From: a virus
Lineage: Duplodnaviria > Caudoviricetes
Reading direction: 5' to 3' (one strand)
DNA length: 25,119 bases
IMG/VR virus record: IMGVR_UViG_3300044452_000162
Location: 1-25,119 of that record
Under the pieces are notes generated by a model. That model saw only the letters and a program-made list of their open reading frames with translations, searched no databases and was not told the DNA's origin. Position 1 is the first letter of the stretch. Each line of letters begins with the position of its first letter. Positions 24,533 to 25,119 of the stretch are shown in pieces. Both the position numbers and the translations under genes were made by a program.

Positions 24533-25119
24533 ATGTCTGAAGACGTGGTGGACCGTATAAACCTGGGCTTAATGGCCCATGCAAAGACTGGCACATGGCT
24601 GGCAGAGCAGATCGGTGTCACAAAAGGCTTTATTTCGCATGTAAGAAATCGGCGATCTTCAGGTAGAAGTTACTACCCTAAAATCGCGGAAGTCTTGGGA
24701 TGCAGTGTTGAATGGCTCGCTACCGGGAACGGCGCGGCCCCTGACTGGTCGGTGCCGCTGCAGGTTCCAGACGAAATGCTTCCAGAGGCGTTCCGTGATG
24801 TGAGCGGCCATAAAGAGGCGCTGCGCATGCGTGAGCGCAAGGCTATGGCGATGGCGATCGCTGAGGAAGTAGCCGAGATCATCAACCGGCGGAACCTTGT
24901 CACCACTCCAGGCGAAGAGGGCGCGGTGGTGCCCAATGCCAGCAAGGACAATGCTTGGACCATCGAAATCAATAAGGTGATCGATCTTTTAGGCGGCGTC
25001 GCCGAAGCAGCGGTCAAAACCAAGATACCGGTTGAACGGTTGGGGTTGATTGCGCTTGGCTTACGTGAATTGAATGACGCTGATTATGACGCGCTGCTGG
25101 AAACGGCACAAATCGAGTA
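24533..25119 (+). CDS. XRE-family repressor (cI-like), 3' truncated by window edge
   Basis: Not in the ORF track. Manual translation: MSEDVVDRINLGLMAHAKTGTWLAEQIGVTKGFISHVRNRRSSGRSYYPKIAEVLGCSVEWLATGNG...; open to the window end; divergent from the early operon. Confidence 0.85.
   Translation, partial: MSEDVVDRINLGLMAHAKTGTWLAEQIGVTKGFISHVRNRRSSGRSYYPKIAEVLGCSVEWLATGNGAAPDWSVPLQVPDEMLPEAFRDVSGHKEALRMRERKAMAMAIAEEVAEIINRRNLVTTPGEEGAVVPNASKDNAWTIEINKVIDLLGGVAEAAVKTKIPVERLGLIALGLRELNDADYDALLETAQIE

Larger units (their letters stand above)
1..25119. mobile_element. Temperate siphophage/prophage segment (immunity region to tail tip)
   Basis: Ordered repressor, replication, packaging, head and tail modules; no host housekeeping genes, integrase or att ends within the window. 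Confidence 0.95.

Overview
The window is a continuous segment of a temperate, lambda-like siphophage or prophage from a probably diderm host. Almost all genes are on the minus strand. Read in transcription order (right to left): XRE-family repressor (+ strand, truncated), divergent control region, excisionase-like HTH and small early genes, a 906-aa Prim-Pol/SF3 (P4/D5-like) primase-helicase followed by an iteron-rich origin, a ParB-like protein, small and large (GpA-type) terminase, an accessory block, gpW, lambda-type portal, fused prohead protease/major capsid, head-tail genes, a membrane protein/lipoprotein pair, tail tube, G/GT chaperones with a -1 slippery site, tape measure, gpM-like, an SGNH-esterase receptor-binding protein, gpL/gpK-like and a truncated gpI-J fusion. 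The main result is in the accessory block (about 14700-15560): an integron-like array with one attI-like simple site and two attC-like hairpins of canonical box geometry. They bound two single-gene cassettes (a possibly Tad2/DUF2829-like protein and an HNH nuclease). The cassette genes are inverted relative to the att sites, no integrase gene is adjacent, and a BrnT/BrnA-like toxin-antitoxin pair sits where intI would be. All calls come from reading motifs by eye; no database searches were run.
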